64,000 nt of DNA from Parcubacteria group bacterium GW2011_GWC1_36_108 (GCA_000991245.1 LBRD01000002.1:108141-172140); one strand, 5' to 3'; shown: positions 28,241-37,843, counted from the stretch's first letter. The notes: a model not told the origin generated them from the sequence alone. Made by a program: numbers and translations.

Positions 28241-28341
28241 ATATGTAAAATTTCAATAACACAGTAACAGTGGACAGTTTAACATAAAGAAAAAAATAAA
28301 TCAATAGTTGAGTTATTTCTTGTATACGATATAATATAGAA

Positions 28342-28947
28342 ATGGAAGAAGCAGGACAACACATTTTTGAATTTTTGAGACAGTATGGCTATTGGGCGAT
28401 GCTGCCTTTAATGATTATTGAAGGACCGGTTGTAACAATCATCGCAGCTATGCTGGCTTCATTGGGAGCTTTCGCTTGGCCGGTGGTTTTATTGTTTTCA
28501 ATTTTAGGGGATATTATTGGCGATGTGCTTTTGTATGGAGCGGGATATAAATGGGGAATGGGCTTTACAAGCGGTTTTGGTAAATATATGGGAATCACTG
28601 AAACATTGGTTTTAAAAATGGAAAAATATTTTGAAAAACATGGCGGCAAGACTATTTTTGCTGTAAAATCTACGACTGGACTTTGCTGGGCAACCTTTGC
28701 AGCAGCCGGAATTGTGAAAATGGATTTCAAAAAATTTGTGAAATACTCAGTTCTTGGCGGCTTTGTTTGGAGCGGAACCTTGGTTGCAATGGGATATTTC
28801 TATGGTTATTTGTGGAAAGAAATGAAACAATATATCAGCTGGATTGGCTGGATCATTGCTGCTGTGGCAATCGTTTCGTATGTTGGCATAACTTTGTATA
28901 AAAATCTCCAAGCCAAAAAACTTCTAAAAGAGAATGATAATGCTTAG
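28342..28947 (+). CDS. DedA/VTT-family membrane protein
   Basis: IEGP, ILGDIIGDVLLYGAG, YFEKHGGKTIF, AAGIVKM motifs. Confidence 0.9.
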   Translation: MEEAGQHIFEFLRQYGYWAMLPLMIIEGPVVTIIAAMLASLGAFAWPVVLLFSILGDIIGDVLLYGAGYKWGMGFTSGFGKYMGITETLVLKMEKYFEKHGGKTIFAVKSTTGLCWATFAAAGIVKMDFKKFVKYSVLGGFVWSGTLVAMGYFYGYLWKEMKQYISWIGWIIAAVAIVSYVGITLYKNLQAKKLLKENDNA

Positions 28948-29016
28948 ATAAAATTGAAAAAAGCCGTCCCTAATTTGGGGCGGCTTTTGTTTTGCCAATT
29001 TGTTTGGCAAAATATT

Positions 29017-29880
29017 CTATTTGATTAGATTGAAAATAAATTTGTCTATTTCTTTGGCAGTCAGGTCGCTGCCGTGCATTGTTGTGTTGTGCCATAGCGG
29101 CAGGGGCACATAAATAATGCCATCGCAGTCAAGTGCGTGCCTGAATAGGGAATCTTTTTCCCCATAAATGCATTGCACCATCTTAATGTTCAGAACCTTT
29201 TTTAGCGATGTTAATGCTTTGTCATCACACAGTTTTTCCCACTCACATAAGCGTTGTTTTATACGATCAGATGTAAATGGAGATTTTTCTTTAGGCAGAA
29301 ATTTTTCGAGGACTTCCCATTTGGGATTTCCGGAAAATGCCCATTTATGACCAATTCCATTGGCGATAAATTTCAGACCAAGTTCCAACATTGATCTTTT
29401 TTGAAAACCTATGGGATCAAGAAGTGTTAAGCTTGATATTGTTCGAGGGCTCATAACGGCAAGTTCTGTGATTACGGCAGCGCCCATTGAATGTCCAATC
29501 CAATGAATGTTCCTACCTGGAAGCACTTTGTTTGCCCAGATATGAAGTGCAACAGCATCCCTTTTGAAATTATTTCTGGCGAGCATAGGAGGGTTGTTTG
29601 AGTTCCCATACCCTAACAGCGAAACCATTGTGACTTGGTAACCAAGTTTCACAAGTTCGTAGCCAAGAAGAGAACTGCCAGTCCAACCAGATCCAAATCC
29701 GCAGACTAACACGATTACATCAATAAATGAAATAGGGTCACCATTGCTTATAGTGCAGTAGTTCATTAGGTAAGAATTTAAATTTATTGGTATTTTGACG
29801 TGCTCACTTTTTTGTAGTTGCGGTCCAATAACTTCATTTATGAATCGTTGCTCATCTTGTGAAAGTTCTTTTTTAGCCAT
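29017..29880 (-). CDS. Alpha/beta hydrolase (SD-led)
   Basis: Nucleophile elbow GHSMG, GEKD, late His. GAGGAGG before ATG; promoter TTGACA-16-TATACT at 29935-29962. Confidence 0.85.
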   Translation of the reverse strand: MAKKELSQDEQRFINEVIGPQLQKSEHVKIPINLNSYLMNYCTISNGDPISFIDVIVLVCGFGSGWTGSSLLGYELVKLGYQVTMVSLLGYGNSNNPPMLARNNFKRDAVALHIWANKVLPGRNIHWIGHSMGAAVITELAVMSPRTISSLTLLDPIGFQKRSMLELGLKFIANGIGHKWAFSGNPKWEVLEKFLPKEKSPFTSDRIKQRLCEWEKLCDDKALTSLKKVLNIKMVQCIYGEKDSLFRHALDCDGIIYVPLPLWHNTTMHGSDLTAKEIDKFIFNLIK

Positions 29881-30015
29881 GGCAGGCCTCCTCGTAGATA
29901 TTTTTTGAGATATTCAATTGTTAATGAATATAAAAGTATACTGTAAATGTAGAAAATGTCAAGGTTTTTTCTTGCAAAAAGGGTGTAAAAGAGGTAGGCT
30001 TAGTCATAGAAATAT

Positions 30016-30858
30016 ATGGTAAAAAAGCTTGTAAAATTTGCAGAAAAAGCTCTTGGAAAGGCAAAAAACATTCTCTTTGCTGACCCGAAGCTTTTATATG
30101 AAGAAGAGCGGAATCTTGTGAATCAGCCGTTTTTTTTCATGGGTAGTAATGGCAAAGGAATTTTGCTTGTGCATGGTTGGACATCAACGCCATATGAAGT
30201 GCGAAGATTAGGAAAATATCTGAATGAAAACGGTTACACAGTCTTGGGGATTCAACTGACCGGGCATGGAACTGTACCAAAAGATTTGGAAGGCGTGACA
30301 AGGAAAGATTGGATTATGGATATTGAGAAGGGTTATGCGGAGTTAAAAAAAACTTGCGAAAAAGTTTACATCGGGGGAACTTCAATTGGTGCAAACTTGG
30401 CGATGGAGTTTGCCAAAAAAGAAAAAAATATTGCAGGACTGATATTGATGGCAACTCCATATAGATTGAGATATGAAGAGATTGTTGTGTCTTTTGCAAA
30501 AACATTAAAAATGTTTAAGAAATATCACAAAAAATATTATCCTCCGACTTTTGGTGTTTCAACTACCATTACAAGATTGATTTCATACCAGTCGTATCCT
30601 ATTTCTAGTTCGCTAGAAACTTTTTCTTTGATTAAAGATTCAAGAAAAAATCTGGAGCTGATAACTCAGCCTATTCTTATTATGCAATCAACGCATGATC
30701 ATATTGTTCAAAAAAATAGCTTGGAGAATATTTATAGAAAAGTTGGGTCTAAAATAAAAAAGAAAAAATATATTGAAAAAGCTTATCACACTTTTATTTC
30801 CGATATTAAAAACCAGCACGTATTCTTGGATATATTGGAGTTTCTTGATGCTAATTGA
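30016..30858 (+). CDS. Carboxylesterase/monoacylglycerol lipase-like alpha/beta hydrolase
   Basis: LLVHGWTSTP, LTGHG, GTSIG, HDHIV, YH catalytic triad. Confidence 0.88.
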   Translation: MVKKLVKFAEKALGKAKNILFADPKLLYEEERNLVNQPFFFMGSNGKGILLVHGWTSTPYEVRRLGKYLNENGYTVLGIQLTGHGTVPKDLEGVTRKDWIMDIEKGYAELKKTCEKVYIGGTSIGANLAMEFAKKEKNIAGLILMATPYRLRYEEIVVSFAKTLKMFKKYHKKYYPPTFGVSTTITRLISYQSYPISSSLETFSLIKDSRKNLELITQPILIMQSTHDHIVQKNSLENIYRKVGSKIKKKKYIEKAYHTFISDIKNQHVFLDILEFLDAN

Positions 30859-31014
30859 ATTTAATGATGAATTAAGTTTTTATAATCTTAGCTTGTCCCA
30901 AATTTTTAATTTTTAATTTACAATTTTTAATCAAATCTAAATTTTTGAATTTTTAAATTAAAACATTGAAAATTCATTTCAAATTTCGAATTTCAAATTA
31001 AAAATTTTGGAAAT

Positions 31015-32181
31015 ATGCGCATAGCGATATTTACAAATAACTATCTCCCTAATCCTTTTGGAGTTTCGATGTCAATTGAAAGTTTTCGCAGGGAATTTGA
31101 AAAACTCGGTCACACGGTGTATATTTTTGCGCCTGAGTTTAAGGGTTATGTTGATGAAAATAAAAATGTTTTCAGATATCCCGCCTTGGATTTGAAATTT
31201 AAAAACATTCGCTTTCCAATTGCAATTTCATATTCATACCGCATTGATAGGATTTTATCCAAGCTGGAAATTGACGTCATTCATTCTCAACACCCAAATC
31301 TTTTGGGTTGGCAAGCAAAAAGATGGGCAAAGAAAAAAAATGTGCCGCTTGTTTTCACGTGGCACACATTGTATGACCAATACGCACACTTCGCACCCCT
31401 TGTTCCTAGAAGATTGGCAGCTTGGTGGACGATTAAAAACGCTGTGGGATATGCAAACGTTTCAGATCAAATCATTACACCAACACCCTCTGTCACTGAA
31501 ATAATCAGATCTTGGGGAGTTAAAAATAAAAAAATCGAGAGTATTCCTTCTGGCGTGGAAGAATCTGAGTTTGAAAATGCAGAAGGAATAGAGATTAGAA
31601 AAAAACTTGAAATTGCATCAGATGAAACAGTATTATTTTTCATTGGCAGAATAACAGCTGAAAAAAATCTTACTTTTCTGATGAATGCTGTTGCTAAAGT
31701 TTTGCTAAAAAATAAAAAAGTTAAATTTTTGGTTTGTGGCGGAGGCGATTATATTTCTGTGATGCAGAAAATTGCCTTGGAAAATGGAGTTTCTGATCAG
31801 GTTATTTTCACTGGATTAATTGCTAACAATGATCGTAAAAATTATTTTGCTGCAGCTGATATTTTTGTGCATGCTTCTAAGTCTGAAACACAGGGAATGA
31901 TTTTAACTGAAGCTATGTATATGGGTGTGCCTATTGTGGCAGTTAGCGCAACTGGAGTAAAAGACTTGATTACAAATCAAATTAATGGGCTGTTGGTTAA
32001 GGAAAATGAGGTTGATTTTGCGAATGCTGTTGAAAGATTAATAAATGATAATGATATTAGAAGAAAATTTTCGGAAAACGCTAAAAAAATAGCCAAGGAA
32101 AATTACACAGCCTCTATTTGTGCTAAAAAAATGTTGGAAGTTTATCAAAAAACAATAGAACAAAAAAATGATTCTAGGTAA
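31015..32181 (+). CDS. GT4 glycosyltransferase (diacylglycerol glucosyltransferase-like)
   Basis: MRIAIFTNNYLP, TWHTLYDQY, GRITAEKN, SETQGMILTEAM. Confidence 0.92.
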   Translation: MRIAIFTNNYLPNPFGVSMSIESFRREFEKLGHTVYIFAPEFKGYVDENKNVFRYPALDLKFKNIRFPIAISYSYRIDRILSKLEIDVIHSQHPNLLGWQAKRWAKKKNVPLVFTWHTLYDQYAHFAPLVPRRLAAWWTIKNAVGYANVSDQIITPTPSVTEIIRSWGVKNKKIESIPSGVEESEFENAEGIEIRKKLEIASDETVLFFIGRITAEKNLTFLMNAVAKVLLKNKKVKFLVCGGGDYISVMQKIALENGVSDQVIFTGLIANNDRKNYFAAADIFVHASKSETQGMILTEAMYMGVPIVAVSATGVKDLITNQINGLLVKENEVDFANAVERLINDNDIRRKFSENAKKIAKENYTASICAKKMLEVYQKTIEQKNDSR

Positions 32182-32716
32182 AAATTTTTATAAGCAGAAC
32201 ACTTTAGATGTTGCTAAGAAACTTTTGGGCTGCGTTTTGGTTCGCAAGATTGGAAAAAAAGAAATTCACGCGATAATTGTTGAAACTGAGGCATATGTTG
32301 GTGAGGATGATTTAGCCTCACACGCCTCTAAAGGCAGAATGCCAAGGACAGAATTGATGTATGGGGAGGCAGGGCATGCATATGTGTATATGATTTATGG
32401 AATGTACCATTGTTTTAATATTGTGACAGAAAGAAGGGATTTTCCAGCAGCAGTTTTGATCCGGGCGGTTGCTATCGACGGTGTGGAACATAAAAAAACC
32501 AATGGCCCAGGAAAACTTTGCAAATTTTTGGAAATCGATTGTAACCTTAATGGATGGGATGTGACAATGGGGGACAAATTATGGATTGAACGTGGCAAAA
32601 GGATTGTTAATGCGGAAATAATTAAAAACAAGAGAATTGGCATTGATTATGCCAAACACTGCAAAAATTATCTTTGGAGACTTACTCTCCCAGAATATGC
32701 TGGGAAGAAAAAGTAG
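32168..32716 (+). CDS. mpg: 3-methyladenine DNA glycosylase (AAG/MPG family)
   Basis: IVETEAY, YVYMIYGMY, NGPGKLC, RIGI. Confidence 0.93.
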   Translation: MILGKNFYKQNTLDVAKKLLGCVLVRKIGKKEIHAIIVETEAYVGEDDLASHASKGRMPRTELMYGEAGHAYVYMIYGMYHCFNIVTERRDFPAAVLIRAVAIDGVEHKKTNGPGKLCKFLEIDCNLNGWDVTMGDKLWIERGKRIVNAEIIKNKRIGIDYAKHCKNYLWRLTLPEYAGKKK

Positions 32717-32826
32717 CTTTCCTGTGTAGTAAGATGTGTGATAATTTAAAAAATTTTTAAAAGTATTGCGTTTCGGGTATTTTGTATTTATACATGATAC
32801 ATGCTACATGATACATGCTACATGCC

Positions 32827-33420
32827 ATGATTTACGAAGCAAAAAAGTTTGATCATCTGCTAGGCTTGGAGGGTTTTTCTGATGAACTGCTTAAAAATCA
32901 TTTCACTTTGTATGAAGGTTATGTAACAAATACAAACAAAGCGGTTGATGCAATTGTGAATCTTTTGGATCATGATAAAACTGGCACGCCAGAATATGCT
33001 GAGGTTATGCGCAGATTTGGTTGGGAATTTAATGGAATGCGCCTGCATGAACTGTATTTTGAAAACATGATGAAGGGTGGTTCGACTTTAGAGGCGGAAA
33101 GTGAACTTGGTAAAAAAATTATTAAGGAGTTTGGTTCACTTGAAAGATGGGAAAAACATTTTCGGGCAACAGGTGCAATGCGAGGAATTGGTTGGGTAGT
33201 GCTCTATCAAGATGATGTTACTGGCACGATGTATAACGTGTGGATAAATGAACATAACGAAGGACATTTGACTGGCGCAACTCCACTTTTAGTAATGGAT
33301 GTTTTCGAACACGCCTACATGATTCAATATGGCCTCAAAAAAGTTGATTACATCGAAGTATTTATGAAAAATATTTGTTGGCACGTTGTTTCCGCCAGGT
33401 TCGCGCAGGCGAATGCTTGA
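32827..33420 (+). CDS. Fe/Mn superoxide dismutase
   Basis: Metal ligands in NHFTLYEGY, LHELYF and MDVFEHAY; start at ATG 32827. Confidence 0.9.
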   Translation: MIYEAKKFDHLLGLEGFSDELLKNHFTLYEGYVTNTNKAVDAIVNLLDHDKTGTPEYAEVMRRFGWEFNGMRLHELYFENMMKGGSTLEAESELGKKIIKEFGSLERWEKHFRATGAMRGIGWVVLYQDDVTGTMYNVWINEHNEGHLTGATPLLVMDVFEHAYMIQYGLKKVDYIEVFMKNICWHVVSARFAQANA

Positions 33421-33433
33421 TTTTTTTAATGTG

Positions 33434-33509
33434 TTCGATTCCCACTATTTCAATTATAATAAAACAAAACAAGGTCCCAAAAAGGACCTTGTTTTGTTTT
33501 ATTATGAGC
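33434..33509 (+). repeat. Direct repeat copy 1 (about 76 bp, hairpin) of the sequence downstream of tRNA-Gly
   Basis: Near-identical to 36931-37007, with a compensatory C-G/T-A stem change and a different loop. Confidence 0.92.
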
Positions 33510-33542
33510 CCCTTGTGCAACGATGTTCGAACTGGGTTTATG
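33505..33542 (+). repeat. 38-bp att-like repeat, copy 1
   Basis: TGAGCCCCTTGTGCAACGATGTTCGAACTGGGTTTATG; 36/38 identical to 34805-34842. Confidence 0.95.
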
Positions 33543-33616
33543 CAAAAGTGTTTACAATAATAAAAAAACGGCTCTTCACTTTGCAGTGAAGAGCCTAATT
33601 ACAGTTTACGGATCTA

Positions 33617-33811
33617 TTATTTATAGCCGTATTTTTTAAGAAAAGCATTTGAAGCCACTAAGGCAACAACAGCAATCCAGAACATTCTCCAGCTTATGGG
33701 TTGGATGAGATTTGAGAACCCGTCGTAAAGGCCACACATGAGCAATGTGCCCAAAACGAGTAACGACAGAACCATAACGGTGGCCGCGAGTAAAATTGAA
33801 ATTCTTTTCAT
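33617..33811 (-). CDS. Small two-TM hypothetical protein (SD-led)
   Basis: AAGGAG upstream of ATG 33811; terminator at 33563-33595. Confidence 0.7.
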   Translation of the reverse strand: MKRISILLAATVMVLSLLVLGTLLMCGLYDGFSNLIQPISWRMFWIAVVALVASNAFLKKYGYK

Positions 33812-33828
33812 TATGAGCACTCTCCTTT

Positions 33829-34671
33829 TTAACTGCCTTTTTGGTTTGTTATCCACTCTTTCATTTCTATTATGAAATTCTTTCTTGCCCTGTAATAATC
33901 CTCGGGGTGTTTATTTTCTCCTTCCGCATTGAGAACTGATTCAATCTCCTCAATGTCAGCACAGGGAATCAAACCAGCTTCAAGCATATGGCGAAGATCA
34001 GTGAGGTCATAATTCCTCATTGATCGCAGCTTGTAGTAGGCTGTCTTGAGAGGACTTGCAACATTTAGTACACTACCTTGAAATTCTACAACTTCAGAAT
34101 AAAACCAATGTGCTGGCAATACTTTTTTGCCCCAACTTAATGGATTTCCAAGCTCGTTTCTTCTGATGATATGGACATTAATGAAGCTCAGTGACTTATC
34201 TTTTTGAATTAAGCCATTTTCATCAACGGCAATAATCCAGAAAAGGTAAGTGTCAGCCGTTGAAAATTCTTTCCAGTTAACTCTCTTCATGAACATTGTT
34301 TCTCGACTCTGAACTCCAAGCGTGACGAACAGTCCGTAACCTTTTCTCTCAATCCACTCTTGCAACTTTTCCAACTGAAACTCTTCTACTGCCAGATCAA
34401 GATCTCTGTGTTCTCCAATGAAATCACCTAGCAGAATGGAAACACTAAGACCGCCGTCAACTATCCAACTTAACCCAGAACAGTCAAAAAGTTTTTCCAA
34501 CTCGCATAACATTGTGATGATTTGAAGTTTTCTTTCCTTTGTTAAGACTACCCTGGTTCCATCTTCCAGGATTTTCTTTTTTTCAAAACCTCCCTGAAAA
34601 GGAAACGGTTGAAAAATATTATCCTTAGCGCAAAGCTTCTTTCCAGAAATCCTATTCAGTAAGTTTTTCAT
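33829..34671 (-). CDS. Nucleotidyltransferase resembling the ANT(2'')/Lnu family (SD-led)
   Basis: WIVDGGLSVSILLG...HRDLDLAV motif. GGGAGG SD; TTGACA-17-TATACT promoter at 34715-34743. Confidence 0.75.
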   Translation of the reverse strand: MKNLLNRISGKKLCAKDNIFQPFPFQGGFEKKKILEDGTRVVLTKERKLQIITMLCELEKLFDCSGLSWIVDGGLSVSILLGDFIGEHRDLDLAVEEFQLEKLQEWIERKGYGLFVTLGVQSRETMFMKRVNWKEFSTADTYLFWIIAVDENGLIQKDKSLSFINVHIIRRNELGNPLSWGKKVLPAHWFYSEVVEFQGSVLNVASPLKTAYYKLRSMRNYDLTDLRHMLEAGLIPCADIEEIESVLNAEGENKHPEDYYRARKNFIIEMKEWITNQKGS

Positions 34672-34804
34672 ACATCCTCCCTTGTTGGTTTATTTAGTTT
34701 TAAAAGAATATATTAGTATATAGTAATAATATTAATTTGTCAAGATTATAAATAAATCATGAACATACCAAAAAACAGCTCAACAGAGCCGTTTTAAGTA
34801 AATT

Positions 34805-34842
34805 TGAGCCCCTTGTGCAATGACGTTCGAACTGGGTTTATG
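34805..34842 (+). repeat. 38-bp att-like repeat, copy 2
   Basis: TGAGCCCCTTGTGCAATGACGTTCGAACTGGGTTTATG, exactly 1300 bp from copy 1. Confidence 0.95.
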
Positions 34843-34862
34843 AGTCTGCTCGCCTTGATTAA

Positions 34863-36212
34863 CTAATTTTCCAATGTTTCATCATGAGAATCTAATTCTT
34901 CCAAATCTTTTTCGGATATACAAAGCTGTTCCAAAATCCAAATATGCCTGGAATTGCTTGGGTCATATTTTCCAACCGTAAATCGCTTAACTTCTTCAGG
35001 GTTATTTTTTATGACATTCCACACTCCGACATTTCCCTCTCTGTATACAATATCTCTTGTTAAGCAAGATCCTGGAGTGTCACAGGTGGTTCCACGAAAC
35101 GTTCTGACACAACGATTCCATGCTGTATTCTCTGCATATGTTTTAGCTTCGGATTCCTCTTTCTTAGAATTTATAAAATAGTAATCTTTCAATATTTCGT
35201 AAACTTCTCTAAAATTTCTTTTCCTTCCATCCATACCGAGAGCAAGAGATATGGCAAGATGCCCTTCAAGTCCAGCAAATTCATTCGCTCCTTCAATTTT
35301 TTGTTCTTCATATGTGGCAATGCCTTCTTCTCCCTTCAAATAACGATCTAATCCCAATCCTAATAGTTTTAATTTCGATCTTTCTCCATTTTCACGCCTA
35401 AGCACATGCGTTCCAATTTCGTGTTCAATTAGTGCAGTTAATTTTTTTTCACTCATTTTTCTATCCGTTGGAATATTGACAGTTTTATTTTCCTGGCTGA
35501 CTCCAATGGCTGTGAAATTATCGCCAATTAGAACCTCCCATCCTGATAATTTATATCTTTCCAGTGCACCTTCAAATGCATTTTTTATTTCTTCAGCCTC
35601 AAATTCAGTTTTTGGAAAATTGCCAGCCTCTGAACTTTCTTTCATGAAATCCCTTAATTCTGCAATATCTGAAGATGTGCTTTCAAAATAATCACCCAAC
35701 TCATTAAGAAGTCTTTGCGCGGAAATACGAATATTTTCATTTGGATCTTTTATTTTTTTATTTATAGTTTTCCTTATTTGATTCATAGTATAATCAAATA
35801 TTTCCTTCTCTGGTTGTCCATAAATAAATTTACTATAGCGAAGAAATCTTCTGTCATTTTCAGATTTTGTTTCCTTAAGCATTCTAAGTTCTGCAATTTT
35901 TGCATTAATTTTCCAGCGATAAGCTTGCTTCACAGTTTCATTGCTCTCTTGATCCAGAATATCTTTTTTAAGTTGTAACAAGTCTTGTTCCCTCTGATTA
36001 ATATTTATTTTTTCAAGATCGGGATAATCCAAAATAGGATTTTCACATTCACCCGAAATAAAAAGTTTCTTTTGATTATCTCTCAATCCTTTTTCTCCAC
36101 CCAGATATTCATAATCTTCAAAAGACCCGCAAGCACTAAATCTATCAAACCACTTATCATCCAAAGCCTCCCTTTTTTCTGCGATCACTGGCTGTTCAAA
36201 TTCAAATGACAT
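34863..36212 (-). CDS. DUF1704-family (MATCAP-like) metallopeptidase
   Basis: HEIGTH (HExxxH), EEGIA and TRDIVYREG motifs. Confidence 0.8.
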   Translation of the reverse strand: MSFEFEQPVIAEKREALDDKWFDRFSACGSFEDYEYLGGEKGLRDNQKKLFISGECENPILDYPDLEKININQREQDLLQLKKDILDQESNETVKQAYRWKINAKIAELRMLKETKSENDRRFLRYSKFIYGQPEKEIFDYTMNQIRKTINKKIKDPNENIRISAQRLLNELGDYFESTSSDIAELRDFMKESSEAGNFPKTEFEAEEIKNAFEGALERYKLSGWEVLIGDNFTAIGVSQENKTVNIPTDRKMSEKKLTALIEHEIGTHVLRRENGERSKLKLLGLGLDRYLKGEEGIATYEEQKIEGANEFAGLEGHLAISLALGMDGRKRNFREVYEILKDYYFINSKKEESEAKTYAENTAWNRCVRTFRGTTCDTPGSCLTRDIVYREGNVGVWNVIKNNPEEVKRFTVGKYDPSNSRHIWILEQLCISEKDLEELDSHDETLEN

Positions 36213-36258
36213 AAATTTTATTTATCAATTTATATGTAAAGTATAGCATAAACCTAAT

Positions 36259-36747
36259 TTATATAGTTTGCTTTTCAATAAATTTTTTAACAGCGATTAT
36301 ATCAATAAAATCTTCTTCTCTTGGGGATTTGCTTTTATATCTAATTAGATCTTTAGGTTTAATAACGGGAATAATAATTCCAAACACATCTATTAGATTA
36401 TATCTTAAAAAATTTGTTGAATCCTTGATCCAGACATTCTTTTTTCTATTGTATGTTTTTGCAAAAGTTCCGCCACCTATATCAATTTTTTGACCATAAT
36501 AATCTAGTCGGAGAAGCGTTAAATCAAAAACATCATCAATATAATGTTCTGGACCGAAGACAATAAATTCTTTAACATCGGAAATTATTTCTTTTAATTT
36601 ATCATCAGGGATGTCAAAATCAATATCACGAAGTTTCCTAGGGGAGCCGTAAAGTTTAGCCGAAAACCCACCTGCTAAAATAAAGGGGATTTCGTGCTTT
36701 TTAAAAATATTAACTATCCATCGAAATGCTTTTTCTGTTTTATTCAT
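36259..36747 (-). CDS. Small Pol-beta superfamily nucleotidyltransferase
   Basis: LAGGFSAKLYGSPRKLRDIDFDI and LIRYK...REEDFID. Confidence 0.75.
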   Translation of the reverse strand: MNKTEKAFRWIVNIFKKHEIPFILAGGFSAKLYGSPRKLRDIDFDIPDDKLKEIISDVKEFIVFGPEHYIDDVFDLTLLRLDYYGQKIDIGGGTFAKTYNRKKNVWIKDSTNFLRYNLIDVFGIIIPVIKPKDLIRYKSKSPREEDFIDIIAVKKFIEKQTI

Positions 36748-36794
36748 ACGGAACTCTCAAAAAGATGGTATTTTTATGTATAAATTATACCATA

Positions 36795-36814
36795 GTTCGA
36801 TTCCCCCTACCCGC
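36795..36814 (+). repeat. Inverted copy of the tRNA-Gly 3' end
   Basis: GTTCGATTCCCCCTACCCGC is the exact reverse complement of 37006-37025. Confidence 0.95.
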
Positions 36815-36930
36815 AAAAATGAGAGGGGGAATCCTTCTCACCCAAACTTTCTCGCGAGTACGCAGAGAAAGTTTTCCTTCGAAGCCCGGGTTTTCAAAAA
36901 AGCAAAATCGTTTGCTTTTTTGAAATACCC

Positions 36931-37007
36931 TTCGATTCCCACTATATTCAATTATAATAAAATAAAACAAGGTCCTTTGAGGGACCTTGTTTTATTTTAT
37001 TATGAGC
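36931..37007 (+). repeat. Direct repeat copy 2 containing the tRNA-Gly terminator hairpin
   Basis: ATAATAAAATAAAACAAGGTCC-loop-GGACCTTGTTTTATTTTATTAT abutting the tRNA 3' end. Confidence 0.92.
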
Positions 37008-37076
37008 GGGTAGGGGGAATCGAACCCCCCTCCTCAGCTTGGAAGGCTGATATAATAGCCACTATACGACACCCGC
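37005..37076 (-). tRNA. tRNA-Gly(TCC)
   Basis: GCGGGTGTCGTATAGTGGCTATTATA-TCAGC-CTTCCAA-GCTGA-GGAG-GGGGG-TTCGATT-CCCCC-TACCCGCT. Confidence 0.95.
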
Positions 37077-37233
37077 CTTCGTCTCGTCATAGCTCGACTT
37101 CGGCGAGGTAAAACCCGCGAAGGAAAGCGACGGCGGAATTCGTTACACTTCGGCGGGCAAGCCCGCGCGACGCAACTCTTTTCGAACTCTTACTATTATA
37201 TATAAAAATAAAGTTTTGTCTAGGGCTGGTTGG

Positions 37234-37262
37234 TTGACATTTTTGTTTCTTTGCAATATACT
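37234..37262 (+). promoter_or_regulatory. Consensus sigma70 promoter of NUDIX operon
   Basis: TTGACA-17 nt-TATACT. Confidence 0.75.
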
Positions 37263-37321
37263 CGGTAATTGAGTAATTTTAAAAAAGAATATTAAAATAT
37301 TTTCATAGGGAGGAATTACAG

Positions 37322-37843
37322 ATGAGCGATGAAAAAAGCCAAAAGGAATATGATTTTGAGGCGACACTTTTGTTTATTGTGGATAATAGGGAGGTTTTGT
37401 TGGCTCCGAAACTAGACAAGATCGGCAAAGACCGATGGAACGGTTCAGGAGGCAAGCCTAAACCGCAAGACAGTTCCCTTGAAGAATGTGTTGCCAGGGA
37501 AACCTGGGAGGAGCTATGGATCCTTGTTAGGAAAAAATATCTTGAAAAGGTTGCAGTTGGTTATTTTACCAATATACAGGAAGATGGTGGCAGTGTTATT
37601 TGGAAAGTTACTGTTTATATTATTGAGAAAAAATATTGCATCGGGACTCCTGCTTCGACAAAGGAAATGGGAAATCCACAGTGGTTTGATATGGACAATA
37701 TGCCATATATGATAGCAGCTGATTGTTTCTGGGTTCCGGAAATTTTCAAAGGCCGGAAAATTATTGTAAGGGCGACGATGAAAAACAATCAAAGTGAGCT
37801 GGTTGGCCCTGTTCAAATCGTTGACGTGGATTCATTCGAATAG
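37322..37843 (+). CDS. NUDIX hydrolase (MTH1/MutT-like, SD-led)
   Basis: WNGSGGK...ECVARETWEE Nudix box, EMGNPQWF, ADCFW; GGGAGG SD. Confidence 0.85.
   Translation: MSDEKSQKEYDFEATLLFIVDNREVLLAPKLDKIGKDRWNGSGGKPKPQDSSLEECVARETWEELWILVRKKYLEKVAVGYFTNIQEDGGSVIWKVTVYIIEKKYCIGTPASTKEMGNPQWFDMDNMPYMIAADCFWVPEIFKGRKIIVRATMKNNQSELVGPVQIVDVDSFE

Noticed and set aside
33505-34842. 38-bp repeats as a CRISPR array
   Set aside because: Only two copies, 1.3 kb apart with genes between them, and no cas genes.
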